A stretch of DNA of 32,000 nucleotides from Nitratidesulfovibrio vulgaris str. Hildenborough (GCF_000195755.1 NC_002937.3:3390001-3422000); one strand, 5' to 3'; positions 1 to 8,386 are shown, counted from the stretch's first letter. Made by a program: numbers and translations. Notes: generated by a model not told the origin, from the letters alone.

Positions 1-1229
1 TGTACCCCGTTGACCATGATGTTGTAAAACGCCCGGTAGAGCAGGTCCTTGTCTCCGGTCGTCCACAGGTCGGCTGCGGTGTCGCGCGCTATGGTCACGC
101 CGCGTCGTTCGAGTTCGGGTTCCAGAAAGGTCAGCACCTGATCGAGCACCAGCCCGACTTCAACGGCGTCCTCTCTCGGCTTGCGCGGACGTGCATAGTC
201 GAGGAAGTCGTTCACCGTCTGGCTGAGGCGCATGGACTCGTCATAGATGGCTTCGAGGATGCGACGCGACATGGCATCGCCGTTACTGGCGCGATTTCCG
301 TTGCTGCCACCGCTGCCATTGCTGCCACTTATACCGCCGCTGCCGTTGCTCCCCCCGCCACCGCTACCGCCGCCGTTGGCCGCGCGTTTCAGCAGCAACT
401 CCGCACTGGAGCGGATGATGCCGAGCGGATTGCGAATCTCATGGGCGATGCTGGCGATGACCCGGCCCATGCTGGCAAGCTTCTCGTGCTGGTGCAGTTC
501 CCGTTCGAGACGCTGCTTCTCCTGCACGCGTTCGGCGAAGATGCGCTCGGCCCGGCGGATGAACATCTGGAGCAAGGCGAACAGCACCACCGAAGACACC
601 AGCGAGGTGAGCACGATGAGCCACTGGAAGCGCATCACCGTGCCGAGGTCACCCGTGATGTCCTGTGTGAACTCCAGCACGCCCATGACCGCGCCGTCGT
701 TGTCCAGCGAGCTTTGACGGTTCTCGATGCGCAACGGGTAGATGGTGCGCAGCATGTACGACCCCGGTTCCTGATCGAGCAGGAACATCACCCGCCAGAA
801 CGAGATACCCGGTACGATGTCGAAGCTGGGTTCGTCGCCCTGCAACGCCTCGTCGGTGTCGGGCGGTGCAAGGTCGGTGCGACCGAGTTCACTGCGGTCG
901 CTGGAGTACGACACCACCTTGCTGTGGTCGTAGATGCGCAGGCGCGCCACATGCAGCCCGTGGATGGTCGACTGGATGACCTGATCGAGCCGCTCGTACT
1001 GCACGGGCTGGCGCAACGCCACACGCCCGAACCCTATCAGGGTGGGCAGGGTGAAGCGCCGGTATATCTGGTGGTTGAGGTTCTCGGCGAGCAGGATGGC
1101 GAAATCCTGCTGCTTGCGCAGCAACGTCTCGCGGGCGTTGTTGCTGATGACCACCGAAAGCACGATGCTGGAGGTGAGGATGAGCACCAGCGACACCCAT
1201 GACAGCGCACGGGCGAAGCTGAAGGGCAT
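1..1229 (-). CDS. Sensor histidine kinase, N-terminal ~409 codons; the C-terminus runs off the left window edge
   Basis: The gene is absent from the ORF track because its stop lies outside the window. Reading the reverse complement from ATG at 1229-1227 gives MPFSFARALSWVSLVLILTSSIVLSVVISNNARETLL (a TM helix). A periplasmic-size segment follows, then a second hydrophobic helix (FQWLIVLTSLVSSVVLFALLQMFI). Next comes a HisKA H-box, EKLASMGRVIASIAHEIRNPLGIIRSSAELL, with the His codon at 441-443. A purine-rich SD-like run (GGGGGGAAGG) lies upstream of the ATG. Confidence 0.85.
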   Translation of the reverse strand, partial: MPFSFARALSWVSLVLILTSSIVLSVVISNNARETLLRKQQDFAILLAENLNHQIYRRFTLPTLIGFGRVALRQPVQYERLDQVIQSTIHGLHVARLRIYDHSKVVSYSSDRSELGRTDLAPPDTDEALQGDEPSFDIVPGISFWRVMFLLDQEPGSYMLRTIYPLRIENRQSSLDNDGAVMGVLEFTQDITGDLGTVMRFQWLIVLTSLVSSVVLFALLQMFIRRAERIFAERVQEKQRLERELHQHEKLASMGRVIASIAHEIRNPLGIIRSSAELLLKRAANGGGSGGGGSNGSGGISGSNGSGGSNGNRASNGDAMSRRILEAIYDESMRLSQTVNDFLDYARPRKPREDAVEVGLVLDQVLTFLEPELERRGVTIARDTAADLWTTGDKDLLYRAFYNIMVNGV

Positions 1230-1256
1230 CCTGCCGTCGTCGAACCTTCCCCCCAC

Positions 1257-2600
1257 CTAGAACTCCTGCCGCTCACCCTCGCGGGCGAGGAACCCGGCGA
1301 GGGCCGAGCCTTCGGCCTCATAGCCGGGGGCACCCAGCTTGGCGTTGGCGAGGCGCTTGCCCAGTTCCACGGCGGGCTGGTCGAGGGGGTTGATGTCGAG
1401 CAGCCACCCCGTGAACAGCGTCGCAAGCTCAAGCAGGGCCATCATGCGGCCCGCGGCCTCGGGGCCAGTGTCGGCCATCTCCAGCGCCACGGTGGGCACG
1501 TCGCACGAAGCGAGCGCCATGCGCGTGCCAAGGGCCTCTGCATGGAGGAGGTCGCCGAAGTGTGCGCCCTTGAGAAAGGCCCACTGGTCGGGAAGCTGTA
1601 ACGGAAAGGCACGCCCCGCAGGCAAAGTGGGGCAGGTGAGGAAGAGGCAGCCCTTGTCGCGCGGGCCGTCGAGGAACATCTGCTGCAGCGAGTGCTGGTC
1701 GGTGACGCCTGTGGCGGGCAGCGGCATGGAGCCTTTGCCTTCCTTGCCGAGGCTTTCGGCCCACAGCTGGGCGAACCACGGGCCGAAGGTCGCCCACAGG
1801 GGGATGTAGGCGAAGAAGATGATCTGGGTGTACCCGTGCGCCATGAGGCTGCGGTTCCACAGGGCAAGCCGCCATGCCGGATGGTCTGCGGGCAGCCCGC
1901 CGTCACGCAAGGGCCGTCCGACGGAGAGTGCGCCGTCGAGCAATGCCCTCCAGTCCATGCCGAGGAACGCCGCAGGCACGAGGCCCACTGCCGAAAGCAC
2001 CGAATAGCGTCCGCCCAGATGGTCGGGTACGGGCAGGCTGACCAGCCCGTGGGTGTCGGCCTCCTGACGCATGAAGCCGTGGGCCACATCGGTGACGAGC
2101 AGCATGTTCTCGCGCCACGACTCGCCGAGGTGACCGCGAAGCCACTCGCGGGCCAGCAGGTACTGGGCCACGGTCTCGATGGTCCCGCCCGACTTGCTCA
2201 CCGCCACCACGATGGTCTCGCGGGCGGGCAGCGTGGCGAACCACGCTTCGAGGGTGTCGGCATCGATGTTGTCGGCAATCCACAGGCAGGGGCCGGTATG
2301 TCCGGGCCTGTCCTGCGAGGGGTGAAACGCCTTCTGCAGGGCGCGCGCGCCGAGGGCCGACCCGCCTATGCCCAGCAGCACCATGTGCCTGAAGCGACGA
2401 AGGCGGGGCGTGAGCGCCTCCAGCGAGGCGATGAGGTCTTCGGCATAGGGCATGTCCACGAAAGGCAGACGCCCCGCGGAAAGTTCCGTGGCGAATCGAT
2501 GGGCGATGTCGGCATGGCGCAGGGCGAAGGGTGCTTCCTGCTGTCCCTCCAGACGTCCTGTCCATGCGTTCGTCCAGTCCAGACGGTGCATTGCGGGCAT
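1257..2600 (-). CDS. pgi: Glucose-6-phosphate isomerase (short bacterial PGI, 447 aa)
   Basis: This is the internal part of the 553-aa ORF 1257..2918. SIS/PGI motifs are present: LLGIGGSALGARAL, VSKSGGTIET and GGRYSVLSAVGL. I chose the ATG at 2600 because AAGGAGG lies about 6 nt upstream and the 106 codons upstream of it are Arg-rich junk. Confidence 0.9.
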   Translation of the reverse strand: MPAMHRLDWTNAWTGRLEGQQEAPFALRHADIAHRFATELSAGRLPFVDMPYAEDLIASLEALTPRLRRFRHMVLLGIGGSALGARALQKAFHPSQDRPGHTGPCLWIADNIDADTLEAWFATLPARETIVVAVSKSGGTIETVAQYLLAREWLRGHLGESWRENMLLVTDVAHGFMRQEADTHGLVSLPVPDHLGGRYSVLSAVGLVPAAFLGMDWRALLDGALSVGRPLRDGGLPADHPAWRLALWNRSLMAHGYTQIIFFAYIPLWATFGPWFAQLWAESLGKEGKGSMPLPATGVTDQHSLQQMFLDGPRDKGCLFLTCPTLPAGRAFPLQLPDQWAFLKGAHFGDLLHAEALGTRMALASCDVPTVALEMADTGPEAAGRMMALLELATLFTGWLLDINPLDQPAVELGKRLANAKLGAPGYEAEGSALAGFLAREGERQEF

Positions 2601-2686
2601 GGTGTCCTCCTTGTTCCGGTACGACGAGGCCCGCAGTCCCGGAGGCGGGACCACGGGCCGATGGTAACGCAAGACGGGGCCGACGG

Positions 2687-3859
2687 CTAGCCGAACAGTA
2701 CCTTGGCGACGCGCGAGAGCGCATCTTCGAGCACATCGTCCGCCACGGCGTACGAGAACCTGATGCACTTGTCGTCGCCGAAGGCGGAACCGGGCACCAG
2801 CGCCACCTGCGCCTCTTCGAGAAGACGGGTGCATACGGCGGCCGAATCGGGCATGGAGGCGTTGTAGTGCCGGTGGATGTCGGCGAAGAGGTAGAACGCA
2901 CCGTCGGGGCGCGGGCACACCACGTCCTTCCAGCCGGAGATGATGTCATAGGCGAGGTCGCGACGGCGCACGAAGGCGCACCGCATCTCCTCCACGGCAT
3001 CGTAGGGACCGGTCAGGGCGGCGAGGGCGGCCTTCTGGGCGATGGAGCATATGTTGGACGTGGACTGCCCCTGAATCTTGGCCACGGCCTTCACGAGGTC
3101 GGGGTGGGCAAGCACATAGCCCACGCGCCACCCGGTCATGGCAAAGGTTTTGGCGAGGCCGTTGACCACCGCCACCCTGTCGGGGAAGCGCTGCCACCAG
3201 CCGGAGACGCTCACGGGCTGCATGTCGCCGTAGACGAGGCGGTCGTATATCTCGTCGGCGATGACGAAGATGTCATGGTCGACGGCCCACTGCATGAGGG
3301 CGTCCATCTCCTCGCGGGTGTAGCACGCACCCGTGGGGTTGGAGGGCGAATTGAGCAGCAGCACCCGTGTTCTGGGGGTGCGGTGCGCATCGAGTTCGGC
3401 GGGGGTTATCTTGAAGCCGCGCTCGGCGGGCGAGGGCACGAACACGGGCACACCCTCGGCAAGCTGCACCAGCGCAGGATAGCTCACCCAGTAGGGCGCG
3501 GGCACGAGCACCTCGTCGCCGGGGTTGAGCAGTGCCTGAAAGAGGTTGTACAGTGCCTGCTTGCCGCCGTTGGTCACGATGGTGGCCTCGGCGGGGGCTT
3601 CGACCCCGTAGCATCGACCGAAGTAGCCCGCCACCGCCTCTCGCAGTTCGATGATGCCGGGCACGGGGGTGTAGCGGGTGAAACCCTCGTCGATGGCTCT
3701 CTTGGCCGCCTCGCAGATGTGCGCGGGTGTGCCGAAATCAGGCTCGCCCACGGCGAGGCTGACGACCTTCACCCCACGGGCCTTGAGTTCGAGCGCCTTG
3801 GCGTTGACGGCGAGCGTGGCGGAAGGTTTGATGCGGGTAAGACGATCCGAGATGTTCAT
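2687..3859 (-). CDS. Class I pyridoxal-phosphate aminotransferase, aspartate aminotransferase-like (390 aa)
   Basis: This is the internal part of ORF 2687..4108. The N-terminus, MNISDRLTRIKPSATLAVNAKALELKARGVKVVSLAVGEPDF, is typical of AspAT class Ib. It has the PLP-lysine motif AKTFAMTGWRVGY and the NSPSNPTG motif. The ATG at 3859 is preceded by GAGGA. Confidence 0.9.
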   Translation of the reverse strand: MNISDRLTRIKPSATLAVNAKALELKARGVKVVSLAVGEPDFGTPAHICEAAKRAIDEGFTRYTPVPGIIELREAVAGYFGRCYGVEAPAEATIVTNGGKQALYNLFQALLNPGDEVLVPAPYWVSYPALVQLAEGVPVFVPSPAERGFKITPAELDAHRTPRTRVLLLNSPSNPTGACYTREEMDALMQWAVDHDIFVIADEIYDRLVYGDMQPVSVSGWWQRFPDRVAVVNGLAKTFAMTGWRVGYVLAHPDLVKAVAKIQGQSTSNICSIAQKAALAALTGPYDAVEEMRCAFVRRRDLAYDIISGWKDVVCPRPDGAFYLFADIHRHYNASMPDSAAVCTRLLEEAQVALVPGSAFGDDKCIRFSYAVADDVLEDALSRVAKVLFG

Positions 3860-4125
3860 GTCCGAATCCTCGCGGGATATGATGGGGCGTGGCCCTGACA
3901 GTCGAGGAAGGCGTCGTCCGCAAGCCGTTCTGGCTGACATGCCCTTCCGCCATGGCGCGGCGCACATGGGCGCGTCCGGCGCCGTAGCGCGCTGCAACAA
4001 TGCGCATCGACTGCTGGCGCTTGGTATCAGGTTGCAAGGTGCGTGTAAATCGCACTGTGAAACAAGGCCCTGCAAGGCTTCAGGGATGGGGTGGGACAAT
4101 GGATGCACCAGTGGGGAAGGACGAC

Positions 4126-4854
4126 ATGCGAAAGATACTGCTCCCCTATCCGGCAGGATGCGCGACCGGGACGTTCGTGCGCCGCGTCAAACGCTTCAGT
4201 GTGGAGATGACGCGCGACGGCGAAAGCGTGTGGGTACACAGCAACAATTCAGGCAGCATGCTGGGATTGCTGCGCCCCGGCGCCACCATGCTGGCATCCC
4301 CTGCCGCCAACCCCGACCGCAAGCTGGCGTGGACGCATGAGGCCATGCGCTGTCATGGCGACGGGCCGCAAGGCTTCTGGGTGGGGGTCAACACTTCGGT
4401 GCCCAACCGCATGGTCGAAGCGGCGTTCCATGCCGGACGCCTGCCATGGGCGCAGGGCTACGATACCTTCCGGCGTGAACGCAAGCGGGGCGACAGCCGC
4501 CTCGACGCCCGTCTCGACGGCCCCGGACTGCCGACGCTGTGGGTGGAGTGCAAGAACGTGACGATGGTGGAGGATGATGTGGCGTGCTTCCCCGACGCGG
4601 TGACCGAACGTGGCAGCAAGCACCTGCGCGAGATGATGGACATCGTGTCGCGCGGCGAACGCGCCGCCATGTTCTACCTCGTGCAACGCCCCGACGGACT
4701 GTGCTTCGGCCCCGCCGATGTCATCGACCCGCAGTACGCAGCCCTCTTCTGGGAGGCGGTGGATGCGGGGGTCGAGATGTACCCGCACCGTGGCATCGTC
4801 TCCCCGGTAGGTATCGACCTTAGTGGGGTGCTGCCGCTTACGCGATGCAGGTGA
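4126..4854 (+). CDS. sfsA: SfsA family sugar-fermentation stimulation / DNA-binding protein (242 aa)
   Basis: It lies within ORF 4000..4854. The sequence [45 protein letters not shown] matches the SfsA N-terminal OB-fold pattern. GGGGAAGGA lies upstream of the ATG at 4126. An alternative ATG at 4099 cannot be excluded. Confidence 0.8.
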
Positions 4855-4900
4855 GGTGGGGGGAGACAGACAGGCGCTTCAAACCAAGACCCCCTACCTC
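4853..4900. terminator. Candidate bidirectional stem between the convergent genes sfsA and 4894..5316
   Basis: GAGGTGGGGGG (4853-4863) can pair with CCCCCTACCTC (4890-4900), giving 11 bp with one G.U pair. The loop is large (26 nt) and there is no clean U tract, so this call is weak. Confidence 0.25.
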
Positions 4901-5316
4901 TCCCCGGCCCGTGCGAGGATGATCTCAACCTCGTCGCGGGCGAGGCCCGTCACACGGGCGAGGTCTTCGATGGTGCGCCCCTTGCGTCGACCGTTGACGA
5001 TGACCTCGCGCAGGAAGTGGGGCGAACGGCTCACCTCTTCCGCCTGCCGGATGAGCTTCTCCATGGTGGCGGCGCGCTCCTCGAGTTCCATGTCGAGTCG
5101 GCGCAACTCATGTTGACGCTGGGCGAACGAGGCCACCAGTTCGGCTTCGAGTTCGGCGTTCTGGCGCAGGCGTTCGAGCAGGCTCTCCTGATTGGCCTGC
5201 AACCGCGAGAGCAGCGTCTCGGAACGGCGCAACCGCACGAAGAAGAGCAGCAGAAGGCCCAGCAGGGCCACTTCGGCGAGGGAAAAGAGGGCTATTGTCC
5301 AGAGGGATAGCTGCAT
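4894..5316 (-). CDS. Membrane-anchored coiled-coil protein with a C-terminal HTH-like segment (DUF2802-like), last gene of the flagellar operon
   Basis: The 140-aa ORF has an N-terminal TM helix (LWTIALFSLAEVALLGLLLLFFV) and a heptad-like region rich in Leu/Glu/Arg. Its C-terminus is GRTIEDLARVTGLARDEVEIILARAG. The family assignment is from memory of DUF2802 architecture in flagellar clusters and has not been verified. Confidence 0.65.
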   Translation of the reverse strand: MQLSLWTIALFSLAEVALLGLLLLFFVRLRRSETLLSRLQANQESLLERLRQNAELEAELVASFAQRQHELRRLDMELEERAATMEKLIRQAEEVSRSPHFLREVIVNGRRKGRTIEDLARVTGLARDEVEIILARAGER

Positions 5317-5326
5317 GGGGGCGGTC

Positions 5327-5656
5327 TCAGACCTTGATGTTCACGAAGTTGCCCGTCCACGGGTCCTGCGGGGTTTCGGGCGTATCGTCGTCTTCAGGGG
5401 GGGGCGGCTTGCGGCGCGGCGGGGGACGGCGCTGACGCCCCCGGCTTCTGCCTTGTTCCTGCCGGGTCTGGACACCGGGCGAATGCTCGGCGTTGTCGGT
5501 CTTCTGCACCTGCTCACGGTCATGCAGCAGAGCCTCCTTCGCGACCTCCTGCGCTGTCGAACGCGCAAGTTCCGGTTGCGTCTGCGCATCATGCGCCAGA
5601 CGCTCCGTATGTCCCAGCTGCGCCAGCAGCACCGGAAGCGAAGGGTCGATGGTCAT
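5327..5656 (-). CDS. Hypothetical 109-aa protein translationally coupled to fliL
   Basis: The ORF start lies 1 nt after the fliL stop (TAG-C-ATG on the minus strand). G/C third-position bias is maintained. The N-terminal half looks helical, followed by a highly basic and Pro-rich stretch (GRSRGRQRRPPPRRKPPPP) and an acidic tail. I recognise no family. Confidence 0.55.
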   Translation of the reverse strand: MTIDPSLPVLLAQLGHTERLAHDAQTQPELARSTAQEVAKEALLHDREQVQKTDNAEHSPGVQTRQEQGRSRGRQRRPPPRRKPPPPEDDDTPETPQDPWTGNFVNIKV

Positions 5657-5657
5657 G

Positions 5658-6365
5658 CTACTTCACCAGATAGTTCTCTATGAGCAGGTCCTCCAGCTTG
5701 CCGAGGCTCAGATAGCCGTTGATGATGGTGAGCAGGTCTTTCTTGAGCGTCTCGGCATTCGCCCCGTCCGTCAAAAAAACCAGCGACTTGTTCTTGAGGT
5801 AATAATACACCGCATCGCGGATGACCACCTTTTTGCCCTGTATCTCATGGATGAGCTTGGGGTCGGTGGCGGGGGCGGCGAACTTGCACACCAGAAAGCG
5901 AATCTGACCGTCCATGTCGCGCTGTTCGACCCAGAAGGGTTCCAGCGAGACGACCGGTGTCGATGCCTTGGGAACTTCGACGGGCGCAGGTTCAGACGGG
6001 ACGACGACGGTCTTGGGCCCTGCCGGCTTTTCTGGCGGCGTACGCAGCACGAACCACCATGTGGCACCGCCGCCGCCCACAAGCAGCAACAGCACCGCAG
6101 CCGCGATGATGAGCAGCTTGCGATTGGCGAAGAGCGACTTCTTGGCGGGCTTCTCTTCAGGAATGTCGAGCGAGAGCGAGGTCTCGGCCTTCGGGGGGGG
6201 CGGGGGCGTCTCGACTTCGGGGATGAGGAATGGCGCGTCGTCGAGGTCGAGTTCGACCTTCTCTTCAGCGCGAGACATGGCCAGCCCCGCGTCGAGAGGG
6301 GCGGTATCGGGCTGGGCCTTGCCGGAAAGGTCTTCGGGCATGCGTTTCTCTGATGCCGCCCGCAT
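5658..6365 (-). CDS. fliL: Flagellar basal-body-associated protein FliL (long N-terminal cytoplasmic extension)
   Basis: It has a single TM helix (LLIIAAAVLLLLVGGGGATWWFVL). A FliL-type C-terminal domain follows: VSLEPFWVEQRDMDGQIRFLVCKFAA...VIRDAVYYYLKNKS...LKKDLLTIINGYL. The start is uncertain. In-frame ATGs at 6365, 6341 and 6278 all have weak SD sequences. Confidence 0.8.
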   Translation of the reverse strand: MRAASEKRMPEDLSGKAQPDTAPLDAGLAMSRAEEKVELDLDDAPFLIPEVETPPPPPKAETSLSLDIPEEKPAKKSLFANRKLLIIAAAVLLLLVGGGGATWWFVLRTPPEKPAGPKTVVVPSEPAPVEVPKASTPVVSLEPFWVEQRDMDGQIRFLVCKFAAPATDPKLIHEIQGKKVVIRDAVYYYLKNKSLVFLTDGANAETLKKDLLTIINGYLSLGKLEDLLIENYLVK

Positions 6366-6416
6366 AAGGACGGGTCGGACAGGGGTGGCGCGGCCTTATG
6401 CGACCGCGCCCGGAAA

Positions 6417-6797
6417 TCAACCGAAGATCTTGTCGATCTTCTGCTTCATGGTCTCGGCAGTGAACGGCTTGACGATGTAGTTCGACACCTTGGCCTGCAC
6501 GGCTTCGATGATGTTCTCCTGCTGCGCTTCGGCGGTGACCATGAGGAACGGCATGTCGCCGAACTCTTCGCTGGCGCGCACCTTGCGAAGCAGTTCGATG
6601 CCCGTCATGTTGGGCATGTTCCAGTCGGAGATGACGAAGTCGACCCTATCCTTGTTCAGGGTCTCCCACGCGGTGGTGCCGTCGTCAGCCTCGATGACGT
6701 TGGAGAATCCAAGCTGGCGGAGGATGTTCTTGATGATCCTGCGCATGGTGGAGAAATCGTCCACGACGAGGATACGCATATTCGGATTCGCAGGCAT
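6417..6797 (-). CDS. cheY: Chemotaxis response regulator CheY (126 aa)
   Basis: This is a receiver-only protein with CheY-type motifs: LVVDDFSTMRR, the phospho-acceptor context FVISDWNMPNMTG, and VKPF. AAGGAG lies upstream of the ATG. Confidence 0.92.
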   Translation of the reverse strand: MPANPNMRILVVDDFSTMRRIIKNILRQLGFSNVIEADDGTTAWETLNKDRVDFVISDWNMPNMTGIELLRKVRASEEFGDMPFLMVTAEAQQENIIEAVQAKVSNYIVKPFTAETMKQKIDKIFG

Positions 6798-6819
6798 CTG
6801 AGGCTCCTTGCACGCTGTG

Positions 6820-7617
6820 CTAGACGGCGTCGTGCTCGCCGTAATGGTTGCGGAATTCGCGACGCAGCCTACCCAGCGCCTGTGAGTGCAACTGCGAGAC
6901 CCGCCCCTCGGTGATGCCCATGACTTCTGCGGTTTCGCGCATGTTCAGTTCATCACTGTAATATAATGACAATACCAACTTCTCTCTTGGTGTCAATTCG
7001 TCGATGAGAGAGGCCACGCGCTCGATGAGCTCTTGCGTGGCTGCGGTCTGCATGGGGTCGGCGTCCGACTGCGGGCCGCCTTCACCCGCCAGCGAATCCT
7101 GCATAGCCTCCAGCGAGAGGCACAGCTGGTTCTGCAACGCCTCAAGGCCCAGTCGTACATCCTTCTCGTCCAACCCCGTGGCCTTCTGCAAGTCTTCTTC
7201 AGTGGCGCGCCGCCCCGTCTCGTGCTCGATGCGCTGCATGGCCTCGTCAAGCTGTCGCACCCGTTGCCGCAGACTTCGCGGGAACCAGTCGAGCCTTCGC
7301 AACTCGTCGAGCATGGCCCCACGGATGCGGCTTTCGGCGTAGGTCTCGAAGCGGATGCCCAATTGCGGCTTGAACTTGCCAAGTGCCTCCATGAGACCCA
7401 GCGTACCAGCGCTGATGAGTTCGCCAAGCTCGACGTTGCGCGGCAGCTTGGCCTTCAGGCGCAGGGCGAGGAAGCGTATCTTGGGCGCGTAATGACGGAC
7501 GATGGCCTCCTTCTCCGCCGGGGCGAAGTCGGGCCATGCCGTCGTTCCGGCCTCAAGCGCCTCCCAAGGGCTAGCTGCGGAAGAGCAGCTTTTTCCAGAA
7601 GAACTTGATGTTACCAT
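6820..7617 (-). CDS. fliA: Flagellar sigma factor FliA (sigma-28)
   Basis: Sigma-70 family regions 2 to 4 are present: FETYAESRIRGAMLDELRRLDW, and region 4.2 ETAEVMGITEGRVSQLHSQALGRLR. The ATG at 7617 is the only canonical in-frame start upstream of region 2, and it overlaps the flhG 3' end by 47 nt. Confidence 0.88.
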   Translation of the reverse strand: MVTSSSSGKSCSSAASPWEALEAGTTAWPDFAPAEKEAIVRHYAPKIRFLALRLKAKLPRNVELGELISAGTLGLMEALGKFKPQLGIRFETYAESRIRGAMLDELRRLDWFPRSLRQRVRQLDEAMQRIEHETGRRATEEDLQKATGLDEKDVRLGLEALQNQLCLSLEAMQDSLAGEGGPQSDADPMQTAATQELIERVASLIDELTPREKLVLSLYYSDELNMRETAEVMGITEGRVSQLHSQALGRLRREFRNHYGEHDAV

Positions 7618-8386
7618 CCAGAGCCGCCGGAACGTCCCACGTTTGTACGGTCGCCGCCACCTGACGCACGGCGCGGCAGGCGGGGCTGTCGAGGGCCACC
7701 GAGCAGAACGGACGCTGGCTCACCACCGCCTTGCGGACGATGGGGTCGCGGGGGACGAAGCCCGCGAGGTCGAGCGATACGCCGCTCAAGAAGTGGTCGC
7801 AGGCCTTGTACAGGCGCGTGAACATCTCTTTCGCGCCGCGTTCGTCGGTGGCCATGTTCACCAGTACCTTGAAATGCTCCACCCCGTGGTTGAGCTTGAG
7901 CACCTTGATGAGCGCGTAGGCGTCGGTCAGCGAGGTGGGTTCGGGCGTGAGCACCACCAGCCGCTGTTGCGCAGCAAGGTTGAAATACAGGACATTGTCG
8001 TTGATACCGGCCCCGGTGTCCACGACAAGGTAGTCCACCCTGTCTTCCAGCGCGTCCAGCGCCTCGAGCAACTCGAGTTTCTGCCCCGTGGAGAGCGAGA
8101 GCATCTCGCTCATGCCGGATGACGCAGGCAGGATGTCGAAACCGTAGGGCGTGGGGCACAGCACCTCGTCGAGGGTCGCGCCGTCATGGAAGAGATGGAA
8201 GAGATTGCGCTGCGGGGTCAGGCCGAGCACCACGTCGACGTTGGCAAGACCGAGGTCGGCGTCAAGAAGCACGACGCGTTTGCCCGCCGCGGCGAGGCAG
8301 CAGGCGAGGTTCACGGAGAGGTTCGTCTTGCCCACTCCCCCCTTGCCGGAGGTGACGGAAAAGACCAGTGGCAGTTCAGCGTGCAT
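7571..8386 (-). CDS. flhG: Flagellar number/placement regulator FlhG (FleN/MinD-like ATPase, 271 aa)
   Basis: It has the deviant Walker A SGKGGVGKT, a MinD/ParA fold pattern (LLDADLGLANVDV) and a C-terminal amphipathic helix (NIKFFWKKLLFRS). I chose the ATG at 8386, which lies 11 nt after the flhF stop and is preceded by GTGGAG, rather than the ORF-track start at 8467. Confidence 0.88.
   Translation of the reverse strand: MHAELPLVFSVTSGKGGVGKTNLSVNLACCLAAAGKRVVLLDADLGLANVDVVLGLTPQRNLFHLFHDGATLDEVLCPTPYGFDILPASSGMSEMLSLSTGQKLELLEALDALEDRVDYLVVDTGAGINDNVLYFNLAAQQRLVVLTPEPTSLTDAYALIKVLKLNHGVEHFKVLVNMATDERGAKEMFTRLYKACDHFLSGVSLDLAGFVPRDPIVRKAVVSQRPFCSVALDSPACRAVRQVAATVQTWDVPAALDGNIKFFWKKLLFRS

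Noticed and set aside
247-1202. The + strand ORFs 247..717 (156 aa) and 441..1202 (253 aa) at the left edge of the window.
   Set aside because: The reverse strand encodes a coherent histidine kinase (TM helices and the H-box AHEIRNPL). The + strand translations are Pro/Leu or His/Asp/Gly-rich with no motifs.
2601-2918. N-terminal extensions in the ORF track. Examples are pgi to 2918, the aminotransferase to 4108, sfsA from 4000, fliR to 13773, ttcA to 22900, rpoZ from 22820, greA from 24714, the OMF from 25575 and the pump from 28539.
   Set aside because: The extensions are Arg/Pro/Cys-rich and unlike the mature family N-termini. In each case an internal ATG preceded by a good SD coincides with the conserved family N-terminus.
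4021-4035. A sigma-54-like element, TGGTATCAGGTTGCA, upstream of sfsA. Also TGGCAC at 13744-13749 upstream of the purH-like gene, and TGGCAG...TGC on the minus strand upstream of the response regulator.
   Set aside because: The GG-to-GC spacing is 9 nt at 4021 and at the response-regulator site, whereas the requirement is a strict 10 nt. At 13744 the -12 GC is missing. None fits the TGGCAC-N5-TTGC geometry.
5397-5404. G8 homopolymer runs (C8 on the coding strand) inside the 109-aa gene (5397-5404) and inside fliL (6193-6200). I considered them as slipped-strand phase-variation switches for flagellar genes.
   Set aside because: Both simply encode Pro runs (PPPP and PPPPP). Under a rough base-composition model with G and C each near 0.3, a few runs of 8 are expected by chance in 32 kb of such GC-rich DNA. 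G7/C7 runs also occur in unrelated genes (13375-13381 and 25944-25950). They would only become interesting if population sequencing showed length variation.
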